A stretch of DNA of 64,000 nt from Vicugna vicugna (Eukaryota): the NCBI GenBank assembly GCA_013265495.1, contig MU058226.1, forward strand, positions 396,741-460,740, read 5' to 3'. Numbering within the stretch: the stretch's first letter is position 1; every line of letters starts with the position of its first letter. The notes under the pieces are model-generated. The model was not told the DNA's origin and did not search any database. It saw nothing but the letters and a program-made list of their open reading frames with translations. Position numbers and translations under genes: made by a program. Positions 1-12,409 of the stretch are shown here, one piece after another.

Positions 1-879
1 CTTACGCTTCTTTGAAATGTTCCTGTTTACTCATTTACTGTCTTTCCCCAGCCCCACCCCACCCCCAACCGAAAGGCCAGCTCTCTGAGGGCCGGACCGG
101 TGTGTCTCACTTGTTTCCTGCTGTTTCTCCCACATCAGAGCAGTGCCTGGGGCATGACTCCTTCGGGTCAGAGGGAGCAGAGAAGTCAGGGTTTGAGACT
201 CCTTGGCAGTCATGGGAGAGCAGGTGCAATCGCTGAGGGGCCAAGTGAGGAGAGAAGAGAGCCCAGTGTTAGGAATGGCTTTCGATTCCGAGAGGGACGT
301 AGAAGGGAGGCAGGAGAGGAGCAGTCCAGGAACTGAATGAGGCAAAGATGGACCCAGGAAGCAGAAGAGAAAGGAATCCCCAGGGACAGGAGGAGTGCTG
401 GGTGGCACAGTTAAATGAGAATGAGGACAAGGAAGGGCACTCAGATTCAGCGCGGACATAATTATGGGGCTAGAGCAAAAGCTGTGAGGCCAGATGGCAG
501 GGAGTTGGACTATACAGAAAAGAGGGAAAGGTGGCATCAGGGATGGGTGGAGTAAAAAGAAGAGAGACCCAGTGTTAGCAAGGGCGAAGCGTGCGGGCGT
601 GTGACAGTGTTTTACGACTGGGGAGAATGAACGTCCTGGAGGGTAGAAGGTCGATAGTCTATAAAGAAAAACAGGAGAAGTTAGGGGACGAATGCTTTCG
701 GAGGATTACGGAGAAAGGGAGTTGGCTCAGGTCTCCTGTTTCCCCAGCTCCAGGGCCCTCTATTCCTTTTCCTCCCACTTCTCCTTCCAGGGTCTTCTCC
801 AGCTCCAATTCTCTTCCTGAAACCTACTCATCTTGCTTCCCAGTTTTCCTAACACGGTTTCCTATCCTCTCTCCACCAG

Positions 880-3800
880 GCATCGGCCGCTGGACCAACC
901 CCCAGTACCGGCAGTTCATCACCATCTTGGAGGCGACACATAGGAACCAGTCTGCGGAAAACAAGGTGAGAGGTGCCGCTGCCTCCCCGGAGCACTGGTC
1001 CGGCTTCTGTTGGGTGCAGGGGTGTGTTTTGCTTGCATGTCACTGGATATCCTCTCCCCTCCACAAGTGACCTGTCTGCCCGAGGAATTTTTCCACCCTC
1101 CCACTTCTGATGAAATATTCCACTAGAACAATCCCCCACCCTCCACCTGCAAGAATTGTCTAGATGTGAAACATTCCACAGTGTTTCTTAGAAAGGGGTT
1201 TTCTCTTCATCACAGCGGCCCATTCTGTAAATGTCTGTTTATTTTTTGCTGTGTGCATTGAACACTGAGCTGGTTTTGTTGAGGGACAGGACGAGATGGA
1301 CAGGTATATCCATTCTCACGCCCAGGAGTACTGTCTGGCGCCAGGAGGGACAAAAGCCAGGGCAGACTGTCCTTGGATTTGTTCCAGCCCTGCCACTGCT
1401 GGAGTGTGATTATCTTTGAGAAGGGGCCTTGGGGCCCTATAAAGCTCTCTCCTGGAGCAAAGGGGTTTCTGGGATCAAATAGCTATGACCACTGTAATCA
1501 TATTACGGGTCACCCCACACCACCACTTAGGGAGCTGTGTAATATGCTCTGCCATGCCGCCGGCTGAGGCATTTGGGATACACCATTTCTAGTCCTCACA
1601 CAACCACATAAGGTGACATTATTGCCCTTATTTATATGTCTGAGGAAACAGAGGCAAAAAGAGGTTACATGACCCAAGCGGAGTCACAGAGCAGGGAAGT
1701 AACTAAGAGCATTTGGGTCCAGGTCTGAACAGAGCTTGCCTGAAATGGGCTTTTCTTTGTTTTGTTTTGTTTTGCCATTTACATCTCTGTACAGTTTTTC
1801 TATTGCTCTCTTTTAGTCCAGCTATTTTTGAAAATGTCAAAAAATTCCTGTGACAGAAAGTAAAAAAACTATTCTCAAAATAGAGTGCGGGGGAGCTCTC
1901 AGGGTGCGGGAAGGAATACGGCAGAGTGGAAGACATCGCTCTTGCTGCCCTCAAAAAGCACGGGGGCTGACTCAGTGGGGTGAACGGAGGCACAGATGGT
2001 CTGGGTGGCGTCACCGGCCCGTGGCTGCAGGAGTTGAGGGAAGGGAGGTGGCCATGAGGATGGAACAGTCAGAGAGACTTCATTCAAGTGGTGGCCTGGT
2101 GCAAAGGAGCTACTGTGGGTGTGACTTTCCCCTTCCCTCCCTCCTCACCTTGGGACAGACATGTTGATCCTTCAGGATTGCATCATGTATAGGACCCAGG
2201 TGGGAAAGGGAGCCTTACCAGCCAGCAAGCCCCCATCCCTTCCTTCTGAAGCACCAGCACCTCCAGCCACCCTTTTTGGGGGTGAGTCAGTCTTAGATTT
2301 TAGAAAAGCAAAGAGTGTTGGGTCTCGCTTCTAGACGAGGGCAGACAGGCTGGCCTGGGTGTCTTGCTTGATTTTTCTGGCCCTGGCAGAGCTTTCCACC
2401 TGTGAACCAGAGAGTGTCAACCTCTGCTTGTCTCCCTACAATGTGTGGGGACCAGTCCCCTGGATGATGCGAGTGTCAAGGGTGGGTAGGTGGGCCTCCA
2501 CCTACTCCCCTTTTCATGGTCTCCCTCTTCTCTCTCAACCTCCCACAGAGGCAGCTTGCCAACTACAACTTTGACTTCAGGAGCTGGCCAGTCGACTTCC
2601 ACTGGGAAGAACCCAGCAGCCGGTGAGGCCCCAGTTCTTTCGCTCCATCCCTACTCTGACCTGTCCCCCACCTCCACCCTCTCTGGGTTCCAGTGCCTGC
2701 CTTCCAGCGCCATCTCCTCATTCTTCGACCCCACTGTCCGTCAGACCTCAGACGTCCAGCTTGCTGCTCCTGACCCCATCTTCCCCTGCATCTTTCCATT
2801 CTTCAGGAAGGAGTCCCGGGGGGGCCCTTCCTGCCGGGGCGTGGCCCTGCTCCGCCCGGAGCCTCTGCACCGGGGGACGGCCGACACCCTCCTTGACCGG
2901 GTCAAGAAGCTGCCCTGTCAGATCACCAGGTGGGGAGCAGAGGGAGCAGAGGGCTGGCAGGGGTGGAGGGGCATGGGGCGCAGGCTCTGGGACTGGGTGC
3001 TCCGTTGTTAGATAACTGTCAGTTATTGAGCCGAATGTTGTATACATCATATTATTTGTAGCCGAGTAATTTTGATTCACATTTCTGTGTGAAAAGAAGA
3101 GGGTCAAATGTCCAGAGTCTCACAGGAGGAGCGTGAAGAGCTGGGACACAAGGCAGTTGTGTCTGACTCAGCAGCTGTTTCAGGGAGGCTGAGAGAGAAG
3201 AATGAGGTTGCAGGTAGGGAGGGAACCCATAGCCTTAGCGCAGCAGGGTCTGGTGGCAGCTGCGGCCCTACCCTGGCCCCTCTGCTCCTTGGTCATTCCG
3301 CCTCGAAGGAACTACATTTTCTGTCTCCGTGAACAACTTGCTCACAGGGTTGGTGAGATTAAGTAGGTAACATATTCAGAAGTGCTTCCACCTTGCCTGG
3401 GTGGCCTGGGAGCACGAGGTGAGGCCCAAGTAAAGTGCAGTTGTGGACACTGATGACATCTGAAGTAACACCAGTGACCACCCGGATCTTACAGTGGAGC
3501 GGCACTGTGGGAGTTCTGTTGCTAGGGCCTGGGGGGTGGGTTGTGGGCTACCAAGGAAGGGGTGGACTTAGTGGTCGGTTGTTGACCATGTGCTGATTGA
3601 CCAGAGGGGCAAGCCAAGTGTGAGGTTTTGAGGGGGCTGTTGGAAGGGGTTGTACAGTGTTGTTCTGGGGACAAATCCTACTCCAGGATTAACTAGAAGT
3701 GCTTAACTGTCTTTTTCAGGAACAGCACCTGCCACATCTTATGTGTCTAGATTAGTACATTTGTTCAAGAAATATTTATTAAGCCCCTGCTCTGTGCCAG

Positions 3801-6800
3801 GCTCTTAGCACTTACCACGTGGCAGACATTGGGAATGTCGCAGTGATCAGTATTACTTATTTCGGGACTTCTAATAAATTGTATTTATATATTATCAGAA
3901 TCATAATTGTTAATTACCTTGCTTTTACTTATCGTATATAGAAAGTGTTATCTCATAAAACTTTCAGTATTATATGTGCATATGCATGTACCAGGCCATG
4001 ATATAAAGTATCTTTGAAAAGTTGCAGTGAAAAAGTTTGAAAAGTTGGTACATATATTATTGTTTCATTAAGTCCTGAAAGGGGAAAAATGAAGCTGTGA
4101 AGGTCAAGGGTGAGGCAGGCCCCAGAGTCTGTGAGTGCTAGGGCTGGGATGGTCCCAGGGCCCCACTGGGGTTGGGGGTTCATTAGACCCATATTCCCCA
4201 CAGCTACCTGGTGGCACACACTCTGGGGCGCCGGATGCTGTATCCTGGCTCAGTGTATCTGCTCCAGAAGGCCCTCATGCCTGTGCTGCTGCAGGGCCAG
4301 GCCCGGCTGGTGGAAGAGGTAAGGCTCCCCTTCCCTTTCCCCTCCACAGCCTTTCTTCCCTGACCTGGGATGTGGCCTCCTGCCCGTCCAACCTGGCTAT
4401 TGCATCTCCCACACTCAGTGTAACGGGCGCCGGGCAAAGTTGCTGGCCTGTGACGGCAACGAGATTGACACCATGTTTGTGGACCGACGGGGGACAGCTG
4501 AGCCCCAGGGACAGAAGCTGGTGAGAGGGAGCAGGGAGTGCAAAGGCAGAATGTGGGGAGGGCAGTGGGGGTTCTGGGGATCTCAGTTCTACAGCCCCTA
4601 AGGAAGCACAGTGGGGATAACCCCATCTCCCAGCTCCACCCTAAAGACCTCTTGGTGCAGGAAATCCCTGTGATAGGGAAATAGATGAAGAAGTAGGAGC
4701 TGACACGCAAGGATCAAAAAAGTCATCATCGTAACAGTTGCTGCTGAGACAGCACATACACGTGCAGGGCATATGTTTGATCTCACAGCAGCCCTGTAAG
4801 GTAGGTACCGTTTATATTAGCCCATTTTACAGATGAAACTGAGGCACAGAATAACTTTCCCAGATCACACAGTTAGTGAGTGGGAGAGCTGGATTTGAAC
4901 CCAGGTAGCCTTGCTCCGAAGTCTCCTGCATCCAGGCCGCAGCCCGGGAACGAGCACTGAGCCAGCAGTACAGGGAGCTGGGCTTTAGTCCTGGCTCTGC
5001 CCAGCTGCTGTGAGGGTCTACGTAAGTCCCACCATATCTGGGCTCTGGCTTCGGGCACCAGTAGAGTATATCTGGCCACAAGTCTGGAGCCCAGGAGGGA
5101 AAGGGAAAGCACTTGGCATACCACGTGAAAGAACAGTCACAGAAAAAATAGGCCCAGAAACCAGAAAGGGAAAAAACATCCATAATCCCATCCTGAGAGC
5201 TATCCAGGTGGTGGTCTTCCAAGGAAAAGCGGACACTGTGCTGGGGGGGTTGAGCATCTCAACTCAGATCATTTTTCTTTCTCTGAGGGCTCAGCTTGCT
5301 AAGCACTTTTCTTCTCACTTCATGGACCCTGTGAAATGAGATGTTTCCATTCCCCTTGGAGAGAACAGGAAACGTGAGCTTTCCTCTTCCCTAGGAAGCT
5401 CCCACAGGCTGCCCTCCCTGCCACTAGGGGGATGTTCGGTTCCAACTTCGCTCCTTCCTGCTCCCCCTGTAGGTGATCTGCTGTGAGGGGAACGCGGGCT
5501 TCTATGAGGTGGGCTGCGTCTCCACACCTCTGGAAGGTAGGCCCATGCCTCAGGCCTCTTTTCTCTGCCCCTTGGAATGGAATGTCCCAGCTTCCCAGGG
5601 CCTAACCACTTTCTCTGGGAGAGGTTTTAGACCCTTGCCTTTGGGGCAAAGTGTATTCCCGATTTGCTTTGCTAAACTTACATCCCTCCCCTTGGGCTGT
5701 GTCCCTAACCTCATTATGCTCCTTGTTCTGTTCCGCCCCCAACAATCACGTATCTCTCCCTTCTGCTGCCTCAGAACCTTTGGTGTCATGTCTCCATTCT
5801 GGGAATGCTTGGAGTTATTTGCCTGAGTTGGGGGGCTGTTTAGAGCTCCATTGTCCTGTGGCTCCTTCTTCCAGAGCTGGGGCAGGGGGCAGACGTGGGC
5901 AGTAAAGTTCCAGCCCTTCCATACCCTGTGTTACAGCTGGATATTCAGTCCTGGGCTGGAATCATCCAGGCTTTGCTGGAAGCACGGTGAGACCTTCTCT
6001 GGAATCCCTTCCTCTTCCTGAATGATGGTCTGTCTCCCTCTGGTCAGCTCCTGGAGTCAGGGAAAGTCATGTATATTTCTGTGGGGTCTCCCACTCACTG
6101 TGACCTGGGTGCCAAGAGCAGGGGGCTGCAAGCCCCCTTCTCTCACACTGAAGGATTGGCAGGAGCAGGGGAGGGAGGACCTTGCTGTAAATGACTGGTT
6201 TCTAGAGAGAAGAGCCCCTTCCACCACCCTATTCTTTTCTTTTCTTTTCTTTTTTTTAGGGTATTTTCCCCCTCTTTTTACTGATTTTTTTTTATCATTA
6301 CATTTATTTTTACTTGGAGGGGGGGTAATTATGTTTATTTATTTATTTTTAAGGGAGGTACGAGGGATTGAACCCAGGACCTCATGCGTGCTAAGCACAC
6401 ACTATACCACTGAGCTGTACTCTCCCCGACTCTTTTCTTCTTTTTAAATGCCACTGACAGTAATTTATTCTTCCATGAAATAAGACTACAGATTTATTCT
6501 TCCATGAAATAAGACTGTAGCACTCTGAAATGTCTGTTCAGAGCTGCAGTTCCATCTTCTCTGTTGCAGGGTAGCTGCAGGAAGGGTCCATGCTGGGTGG
6601 GTGGGGGTGGCAGGCAAACCAGCCTTTGGTGCTGACCCACTCAGCACCCTTTGCCCTTCTTCCTGCAGGGGGTGCCGTTCCCGCAGAACGAGGCCAATGC
6701 CGTGGATGTGGTGGTCCAGTTTGCCATCCACCGCCTGGGTTTCCAGCCCCAGGACATCATCCTCTATGCCTGGTCCATTGGCGGCTTCACCGGTAACGGC

Positions 6801-9114
6801 CTCTCTCCTACCCCAACAGCACAGGCACATTCATGCCATCTCCATGCTACCCCCCAACCCAGGAGAGGTGGGGAAATGCACTGGTGGCCCAGGAGTGGGG
6901 TGGAGGCTTAAAGAAAGGGATGGAACTGGGATCTCTGAGTGGATCTGGAGGAAGGTATCCTATTCATATACACTTCATATTTCCTTCCACCCTTATGCCC
7001 AGTTATTAAAAGAAGTAGACCTGGGTCCTGGGATGGGGAGGTCAGGGAAGTGAATGTTTCCTCTGTGTATTGTCTTCAGTGCACTTTGTTCTCTCTCCAT
7101 CCTCTCCAGGCAGAGCCCTGGCTGAGTGAAGTGAGGGGTTAAGGAGAGACCTGGGACTAACTTAGTAGGGAGGATGGGGTCCGCCTACAGGATCAGTGGG
7201 ATGAGGGTGGGGGTGGTGGGCAGGAGCCCCTTGATCATCACCCTTCTTCCCTGTCCTGGTACCAGCTACGTGGGCAGCCATGTCTTATCCAGACATTAGT
7301 GCCGTGGTCCTGGATGCCTCCTTTGATGACCTGGTGCCCTTGGCCTTGAAGGTCATGCCAGACAGCTGGAGTGAGTGCAGGGAAGGGGTGGGCTGGAACT
7401 GGGAGATGTTCTAATTGGAGATGGTTCCCCTTTCTGTGGGTGGGGAGTAGGTCACCCTGTTGAGAAGCAGGAGGACTCCCCTGTCTGGGGACCTCAGTTT
7501 TCTATCTCCATGAATAGTAGGGACCTTTGTGTTGGGCAGGGGCTTTGTGTCTGCTGTCGCTTCACTTTTATCTCACTCTAGGGGGACTGGTGACCAGGAC
7601 CGTGAGGCAGCATCTCAATCTGAACAACGCGGAGCAGCTGTGCAGGTGAGGGCAGGCCAGTGTCCGGCATATAACACCTTTCCCCCACCTCACCCCACCA
7701 TAGACATGATGCTGTGTATTCAAATGCTGAAATTAGTAGTAAAGTGCAAGCTGGCAAAAGGCCACTGACCCACATCCCCTGAGTGACCCTGCCATCACCC
7801 CAGCAGACCCAACCCCTCCCAGCTTCCCTGGAATCCTGGACCCTCCCATGATCTGGTAACCAAACAGTTCATACCTGGCATAGCAGGGATCTCCCAGCAA
7901 GGCCTGCCTTTGAGCAATGCCCACTCTTAAGTGTTCGGACTCTCAGCCCTGGGTGAAGGGCTTGCCTGGGTGAAGGGGCCCTGCTGTAGCAGGGGGTAAG
8001 AATGCAGCCAGTGTAGGGGTGGGGTGGCAGTGTCTCCTGTCTCCCTCTGAGCTCTCCCTCCCTACTACACTGCCCTCTGAAGGTACCAGGGCCCTGTGCT
8101 GCTGATCCGCAGAACCAAGGATGAGATCATCACCACCACGTGAGTGCCTGGGAACCTCTGCCCTCCTGGATCCCAGAGACAGCTAGGAAGTTGTCCCTCC
8201 TCCCTCTGCCCTCCAGAAACCCAGGTGTCCAGACCCTCCCTCCCCAGCCTCCAGCCCCTCCAGTGTACATTCTTCTCACCCCCCAGGGTTCCTGAGGATA
8301 TCATGTCTAACCGAGGCAATGACCTCCTGCTGAAGCTCCTGCAGCATCGGTGAGAGCCGGGGTGTATGTGTGTGCTGTCACCAGCGCAAGGAGGGCGGGG
8401 AGAAGGGTCAGGGATAAGGAGTGCAGAGAACTGGGTCCCGACCTCCTGCCTTGGTGCTCCCTCTGTAGGTATCCCCGTGTGATGGCAGAGGAGGGTCTTC
8501 AAGTGGTGAGGCAGTGGCTGGAGGCCTCCTCACAGCTGGAGGAAGGTGAGAGGGGACCCACTGAGGCCTTTGTTGGGGGCCTAGCAGGGCCAGGTTGCTG
8601 ATGGGCACTCCTCTCTCTCCATAACCAGCCTCGATTTACAGCCGATGGGAGGTGGAGGAGGACTGGTGCCTGTCCGTCCTCCGCTCCTACCAGGCTGAAC
8701 ACGGGCCTGAATTCCCCTGGAGTGTAGGTAAGTAGTCCCGGGGCAGGAGAGGGGGCTGGGGATGAACACCCAGGTGCATGGCTCAAGTTTGAGCGTCTCC
8801 TCTCTGCAGGGGAGGACATGAGTGTGGATGGACGGCGGCAGTTGGCTTTGTTTCTGGTGAGCTCCAGGGTGGGAAGCAGGAAGGGGGTGCCTGAATGGCC
8901 AGGGGGCACATGTGGGGCTTGGGAACAGGGTACCCCATAAGCATTGGAAGCGACATCTTTTGTAGAGTGGGCAGTGGGTTTGGAGGGTGTCTGTGCTCTG
9001 CACCCCACCTGTCCCACCCTCTCCCCTCAGGCTCAGAAGCATCTGCACAACTTCGAGGCCACACACTGCACCCCACTCCCAGCCCAGAATTTCCAGATGC
9101 CCTGGCACCTCTAG
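880..9114 (+). CDS. ABHD16A: Phosphatidylserine lipase ABHD16A (BAT5), 3' portion with 16 coding exons; 5' exons lie upstream of the window
   Basis: GT-AG exons 880-965, 2549-2622, 2807-2929, 4204-4318, 4419-4520, 5473-5536, 5937-5986, 6669-6792, 7266-7370, 7582-7645, 8083-8139, 8287-8349, 8469-8545, 8629-8727, 8810-8856, 9031-9114 join in frame (GIGRWTNPQYRQFITILEATH...AWSIGG...FQMPWHL*). Includes the hydrolase nucleophile motif WSIGG. Confidence 0.97.
1560..1745 (-). mobile_element. MIR SINE (degenerate)
   Basis: TGAGGAAACAGAGGC...CCCAAGCGGAGTCACA...CCAGGTCTG resembles the MIR core; boundaries approximate. Confidence 0.6.
4780..4925 (-). mobile_element. MIR SINE
   Basis: Core CCCATTTTACAGATGAAACTGAGGCACAGA...GGATTTGAACCCAGG; boundaries approximate. 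Confidence 0.85.
6232..6427 (-). mobile_element. tRNA-Ala-derived SINE (Vic-1-like) with a long A-rich tail, in an ABHD16A intron
   Basis: Minus strand GGGGAGAGTACAGCTCAGTGGTATAG...GGTTCAATCCCTCGTACCTCC followed by an A-rich tail. Confidence 0.85.
6463..6516. repeat. Direct tandem duplication of a 25-bp unit
   Basis: ATTTATTCTTCCATGAAATAAGACT at 6463-6487 and 6492-6516. Confidence 0.95.
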
Positions 9115-9339
9115 GGACCACAGTGGGAGTCATTCTGGAAGAATGGATGGGAGGAGACACAAGGAAGGACCCCATTATTTGTGATTCTTTGTGTTCATTT
9201 TGCTGTTTATAGTTTGTGGCAGGCGGGGGGCCATCCCCCTTTTCACTGTTCCTCCTGCACGGTTCCCCTCTTCCGTCCGGCAGTACCTAAGTCTCCCGGA
9301 CACGCCCTGCATCAAATGAATGGATTATTCCTAATAATT

Positions 9340-9345
9340 AATAAA
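9340..9345 (+). terminator. Polyadenylation signal of ABHD16A
   Basis: AATAAA about 225 nt after the stop, followed by T/GT-rich sequence. Confidence 0.8.
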
Positions 9346-11559
9346 AAGGTATTTTTTCTACTGGCTGGCTAATAATGTGATTTCCCAGGTGTCCAGGAAG
9401 CCAAGGCTGGGAGTTGGGAGCTTTGGGAAACCCCAACTCCAGACAGCCAGTTTAACCCGCCCTGTCTCTGCTGTCACCCCAGGCCTTCAGACCCCAACCT
9501 GAGCTGCCGTCACGCAGTGGGTCCCCAAGGCCTTCCTCTCCCTGGTGTGCCTAGTACTATCACGACTCTGCCTCCTCCCTGACCCCTGCCTAGTCCTTCC
9601 TGCGTACCACCACCCCAGGAGCCCGTGGTTGCCTCCTCTTGCTTACAACTCATGAGCTTTGTTGTTTAAAAAGTATTTTCTAGTACCTGATTTTACCTAC
9701 TCAGCTCTTCTATTGATTGCCAGGTCCAGCCTACATGGTTTCCCCATCAGTACCTCCTGTTTTCCTTGCTAAGCTCTTGCTATTCCCACAGGGAGTGAGG
9801 AGTGGCCTGCACCCCGTGTCTTAAGCAGCAAACCCTGCACACTCTCCTCTCCATGTCATCAAATTTCTCTCCTCATATCCTCTTTGCAATTCAGCAAACA
9901 TGGGGTCTGCCAGGGACTGAGGACCAAATGACAAAGACTTAAGTCCTCCGAGAGCCATACTTTACCTTTTTGGACAGCTGTTAGAATATTCTTAGTTTGA
10001 ACCTGAGGAAATTGGTTCCCTGTAACTTCTGTCCTGTTTCCCATCCTTGGACCTCACAGAACAGAATGAGTCCCTCTCCCACCCATCCGTTTGTTGCCTG
10101 GCCACTTTCTTCCCTTGGAAACCTCTTTTCCCTGATGAAATGCCCCTAGGCTTACCACCCTGGGTCCACTGTTTTGAACAAGATACTTAACATGGGCAAC
10201 AATATTCTGATGTCCTAACTAGATAAAGTCTCTGGCTAATTTCAGTGTGTCCCCCAACCTCAGTGTACAAAGCTCCCCTGCTATCCCTGGGGCAGAGGCT
10301 CTCTGCCCCCACCAGCTCAGCAGCTCCTTAAGGGGAGACATAGTTTGTCTCCACCAGAAGGAATGATCTGAGACTTGTCAGGTAACATGATGCGTACTAC
10401 TTGGAGTTAGAAGAGAGGAGGTGGCCACAGCTCCAGAATGCTCCACCTTTAGCAAATACTGGAGAGCAGATACTGGTACCCCTCTCCTCTGTCCTGTCCT
10501 AGGGAGCAAACAGGATGGGAAGTGTGGAATATGGAGCTGTGGGACCAGTGGCATGGTGCTGAACCTCACCTTCCCAGATCCACCAGGACAGTCGTCGCCT
10601 GGAAACCAAGTCTTTGTTCCGCTAAGAGAACCTCCTTAAATGCAATTAGGAGGTACCCAGCCCCACCTCTCACACCCTAGAGACAAAGGACTCCCTGTTC
10701 CTGGCCATGGCCACCAGAGACTCTGTTGATCTGTCTCCACCACCACTGCCCTCCTCACTCCTTCCTGCACTTACTATAGAGAACAGTGGATGCCCTGATG
10801 GGCCCTTGGATACCTGAAGTGAGTAGGGAGAGGTGAGGTTCAACATTTGAATTCTGGACCACCCCACCCAAGGGGCCTCAGATTACTCCCCACCTGATAA
10901 GGCTCACAGCAGCTGTTTTCAGAACCACCCTCTACCCCAGGATGGAACCAGCTCCCTGTCCACTCTTCACCCTATTTAGCAGGGTTCTCGCAGTCTCAGG
11001 GGAAGACCAGCTGAGATGTAGACCCTAAATTTGCTGGGGCTCTGGATCTTGCCGTGCTGGGCACCGGGTGAGGCCTGGTTGCCCAGGCATCCTAGAGTTG
11101 CTGGGAAAACTGGGAGAGGGAATGGAGACTGGGAAAAAGGAGATTTAACAACTGGATTGGAATCCGGGGAAGAAGAGATGGGCCTTGGGCTGGGCCACCT
11201 CATTGGCCAGGCCCCGCCCTGCACTGTTCCTAGTGGGAGGTGCTGGACTCAGCTCTGGGCTGCATGTTTGGGCAGAAGGTTTGCTCTACGTCCTTGGGAG
11301 GCGCATGTGTTGCTTACACAGCTGTCACAAGTGAACGAGGGCCCAGAGGGTGGAGGGTTCCGGGGATGGGGGCAGGTGTTGGGGATAGCCCATCCATCTA
11401 TCACCAAATCTTCCCAGCTCTCTCAGGAACCCAGTCATTCATTTTTTTCATTCATTTATATTCAGATTAAATATCCCCTCTCTAAGTTCCGCTCCAGAAT
11501 GCAGAGTCGCAGCCACTTCCCTAACAGAACCTGGCTTTCGCTGGCCCAATTATCTGTAG

Positions 11560-11980
11560 CCCGGCCCCTCGTTTGCCCAGATCCATTCCCGAACTGCGGC
11601 GTTGGGTCCTCAAGCCCGACCTCCTTTGTTTCGTCATTCAGCTGCTTACCCGCAGCTATCTCTTGTTCCGGGGGAGAGGCCCTCAGTCTGGATACCATTA
11701 TCCGCAGTTGTCACCATGGCGACTGTTGGAACGCCCCGCCTCTTCACCCCAAGAAATCCTCCAAGGTGCCCGTCACCGTGGCAACGAACTCCGGCAGTTC
11801 TGCGCGCTCACCCGCCGCGCCCTGCCACGTGGACAGGGGAAGAGCGAAACGAAATTAGGGCTGGATTAATAACCCTAAGGCCCCACCACCTCCGAAAAAG
11901 GCCCAGCGCAGCCTCGAAATACGACCCCCCTCTTCGCTCCTGCGACCCTTAGGGCGCGTGGCCGATGTAACTCCACGGCA
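11560..11980. promoter_or_regulatory. Orphan CpG-rich promoter/enhancer with two RFX X-boxes and an E-box
   Basis: GTCACCATGGCGAC at 11710-11723, GTCACCGTGGCAAC at 11772-11785, CACGTG at 11826-11831. Confidence 0.6.
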
Positions 11981-12302
11981 AGTCCTCTTGGACTTCTCAG
12001 GGGGACCCCTGAGACCAAAGGGGGTCACCTTTTGGTCACCCATAACTCTATAGTCTTTGGCCTTTTCGTTACGGTTATATTCGAAAGAGGGATTCAGAGG
12101 GCGCTGTGAAATTCCCTTCTGCTCCCCTTTGCCCTCCTCGCTTCAAGAGCAGTCCCCGCCGTCTGATTCTTTTCATCTATCACTCTGTCACTCATTCAAG
12201 AAACATTTATATAGGTGCCGGTGCTCCTCCCCATTTCTCCATTACCTTGAGTTTCCTTTAAAATAATTCTCTTATTTCTATCATCCCAAAGCTTTTGGGG
12301 GT

Positions 12303-12390
12303 GGGGAGTAGTATAGCCCAGTGGTAGAGCGCGTGATTAGCACGCACAAGGTCCTGGGTTCAATCCCCAGTCCTCCATCAAAAAAAAAAA
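12303..12390 (+). mobile_element. tRNA-Ala-derived SINE (Vic-1-like) with target-site duplication
   Basis: A box TAGCCCAGTGG, B box GGTTCAATCC, A11 tail. Flanked by CCAAAGCTTTTGGGGGTG (12286-12303) and CCAAAGCTCTTGGGGTG (12397-12413). Confidence 0.9.
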
Positions 12391-12409
12391 TTGCTTCCAA
12401 AGCTCTTGG

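Noticed and set aside
11031..11858. 275-aa plus-strand ORF
   Set aside because: TTG start, no recognisable domain, and it crosses promoter-like DNA; likely a chance ORF
12303..12378. Genuine tRNA-Ala(AGC) gene
   Set aside because: Poly(A) tail and TSD, imperfect stems, no downstream T-run terminator and two related copies in the window indicate a SINE
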